A DNA stretch of 63,909 bases from Aplysia californica (lineage: Eukaryota): NCBI RefSeq assembly GCF_000002075.1, contig NW_004797904.1, positions 300,135 through 364,043 on the forward strand. The letters run 5' to 3'. The position numbers were made by a program, and so were the translations under genes. This document shows positions 62,935 through 63,909 of the stretch, in pieces. The notes beneath the pieces are model-generated. The model was not told the origin of the DNA. It did no database searches and saw only the letters and a list, made by a program, of their open reading frames with translations. Numbering within the stretch: position 1 is the first letter of the stretch; every line of letters starts with the position of its first letter.

Positions 62935-63284
62935 CTGACAAAGAACATCCATGGCCAGCCGAGAGCGATAGCTATTATATCTATATAAATAAACTGCAGA
63001 TCTAGAGACGTGAATAAAGGGTTGGACATCGTAGAAATCAAGGCTAATACAACAAGGCTGCCAAGGTCAGACAGGGATAGGCACAATAAGGAGAGGTTCA
63101 CTGATTCTCGGACGCCCATCTTGATGAAGACGATGATGTTGATGATGTTTGCAACGATGCCAAAGACAGCGATGATTGTGCTAAGAACAGACCAATTGAG
63201 CAGGAGGAGTATTGAGGTAATGTGTTCGTCTAACAACCCTTTGGCTTGGGCTACTTTCAGAAGACTAGTATTGCTGTCATCCAT
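62935..63284 (-). CDS. Rhodopsin-like chemosensory GPCR (Aplysia chemosensory receptor-type), exon 1: TM1-TM3 start
   Basis: MDDSNTS (N-glycosylation sequon)...FGIVANIINIIVFIKMGVRESVNLSLLCLSLSDL...GWPWMFFVR; AG|GTTTGT donor, phase 2. Confidence 0.9.
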
Positions 63285-63909
63285 GTTTATTGTAAGAGAA
63301 ACCTCGCACAAAGAGCTGAGTAGATTTTCACAGAAAATGCAATAACTGGTTATGGATCTTAATATATTTGTTCAGTATGAAAGGCCTGCCGCAAAGAAAA
63401 CTCTGCTGACGAAGCAAACAGTTTATAGTGGCCACTCCAGCTGTACATTATCTTTTGTTTGTTTGTTTTTTTCCTTGTTGTTATTGTTTTAGGTTGCTAT
63501 TTTTTTTCGTTACGAACAGACTTAGGTTTTTTCGTCGAACTGGGTTGTCGCTAACAGTAAGACAGCAATAACAAAAAGAGCAAAGTAGAAGCAACCTCTA
63601 TTAGGATAACGTCATCAATGGTCACAAAACTTAGACCCCAACAATTGATGCTGCCTAAAAAGTGAAATAACGTAATTTTGTCAAAGCGAGCGTTATGTAA
63701 ATCAGGTCGACTGATCTAGCCCCAGAGTGTCGGAACCAGGTCCTCTCCTCCAGATGGAACAAACTCACGTCTTTCCAGCTTTTTATTTTAATTCTAGTTC
63801 TCGTTTTTTTCTATAACATATATTGGCTTGTCACAATATCCCGTTTCGCGTACCCCAACCCGTTCATGCCTGTAGCGATTTTCTACGGTAAACAGCTTCT
63901 GCGCCCCCC

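Noticed and set aside
62547-62952. ORFs encoding (MAWHG)n or (HAMPC)n
   Set aside because: These are translations of the (CATGC)n microsatellite inside the GPCR intron.

Overview
Eukaryotic genomic DNA with spliceosomal introns, microsatellites and many short N gaps. It is most likely from a gastropod mollusc such as Aplysia (inferred from the chemoreceptor type and repeat landscape). Four protein-coding genes were reconstructed by hand. (1) A 3-exon, ~1187-aa single-pass receptor on + (3195-9505) with a Toll-like ectodomain (signal peptide, LRRNT, ~24 LRRs, LRRCT, TM) but no TIR domain. In its place is a ~470-aa Arg/Glu/Asp-rich tail. (2) Mitochondrial aspartyl-tRNA synthetase DARS2 on - (11 exons, 25657 to 10980, including a GC-AG intron). 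Its C-terminal exons were not found, so the LRR receptor appears nested antisense within a DARS2 intron. (3) An uncharacterised Ser/Arg-rich gene on + (44908-50453), probably with an exon hidden in an N gap. (4) A 2-exon, ~345-aa rhodopsin-like chemosensory GPCR on - (63284-57899). The rest is decayed LINEs (RTE, Rex/Babar-like, L2-like, I-group), tRNA-derived SINEs, several MITE families, minisatellites and local duplications. All calls were made by eye without database searches.
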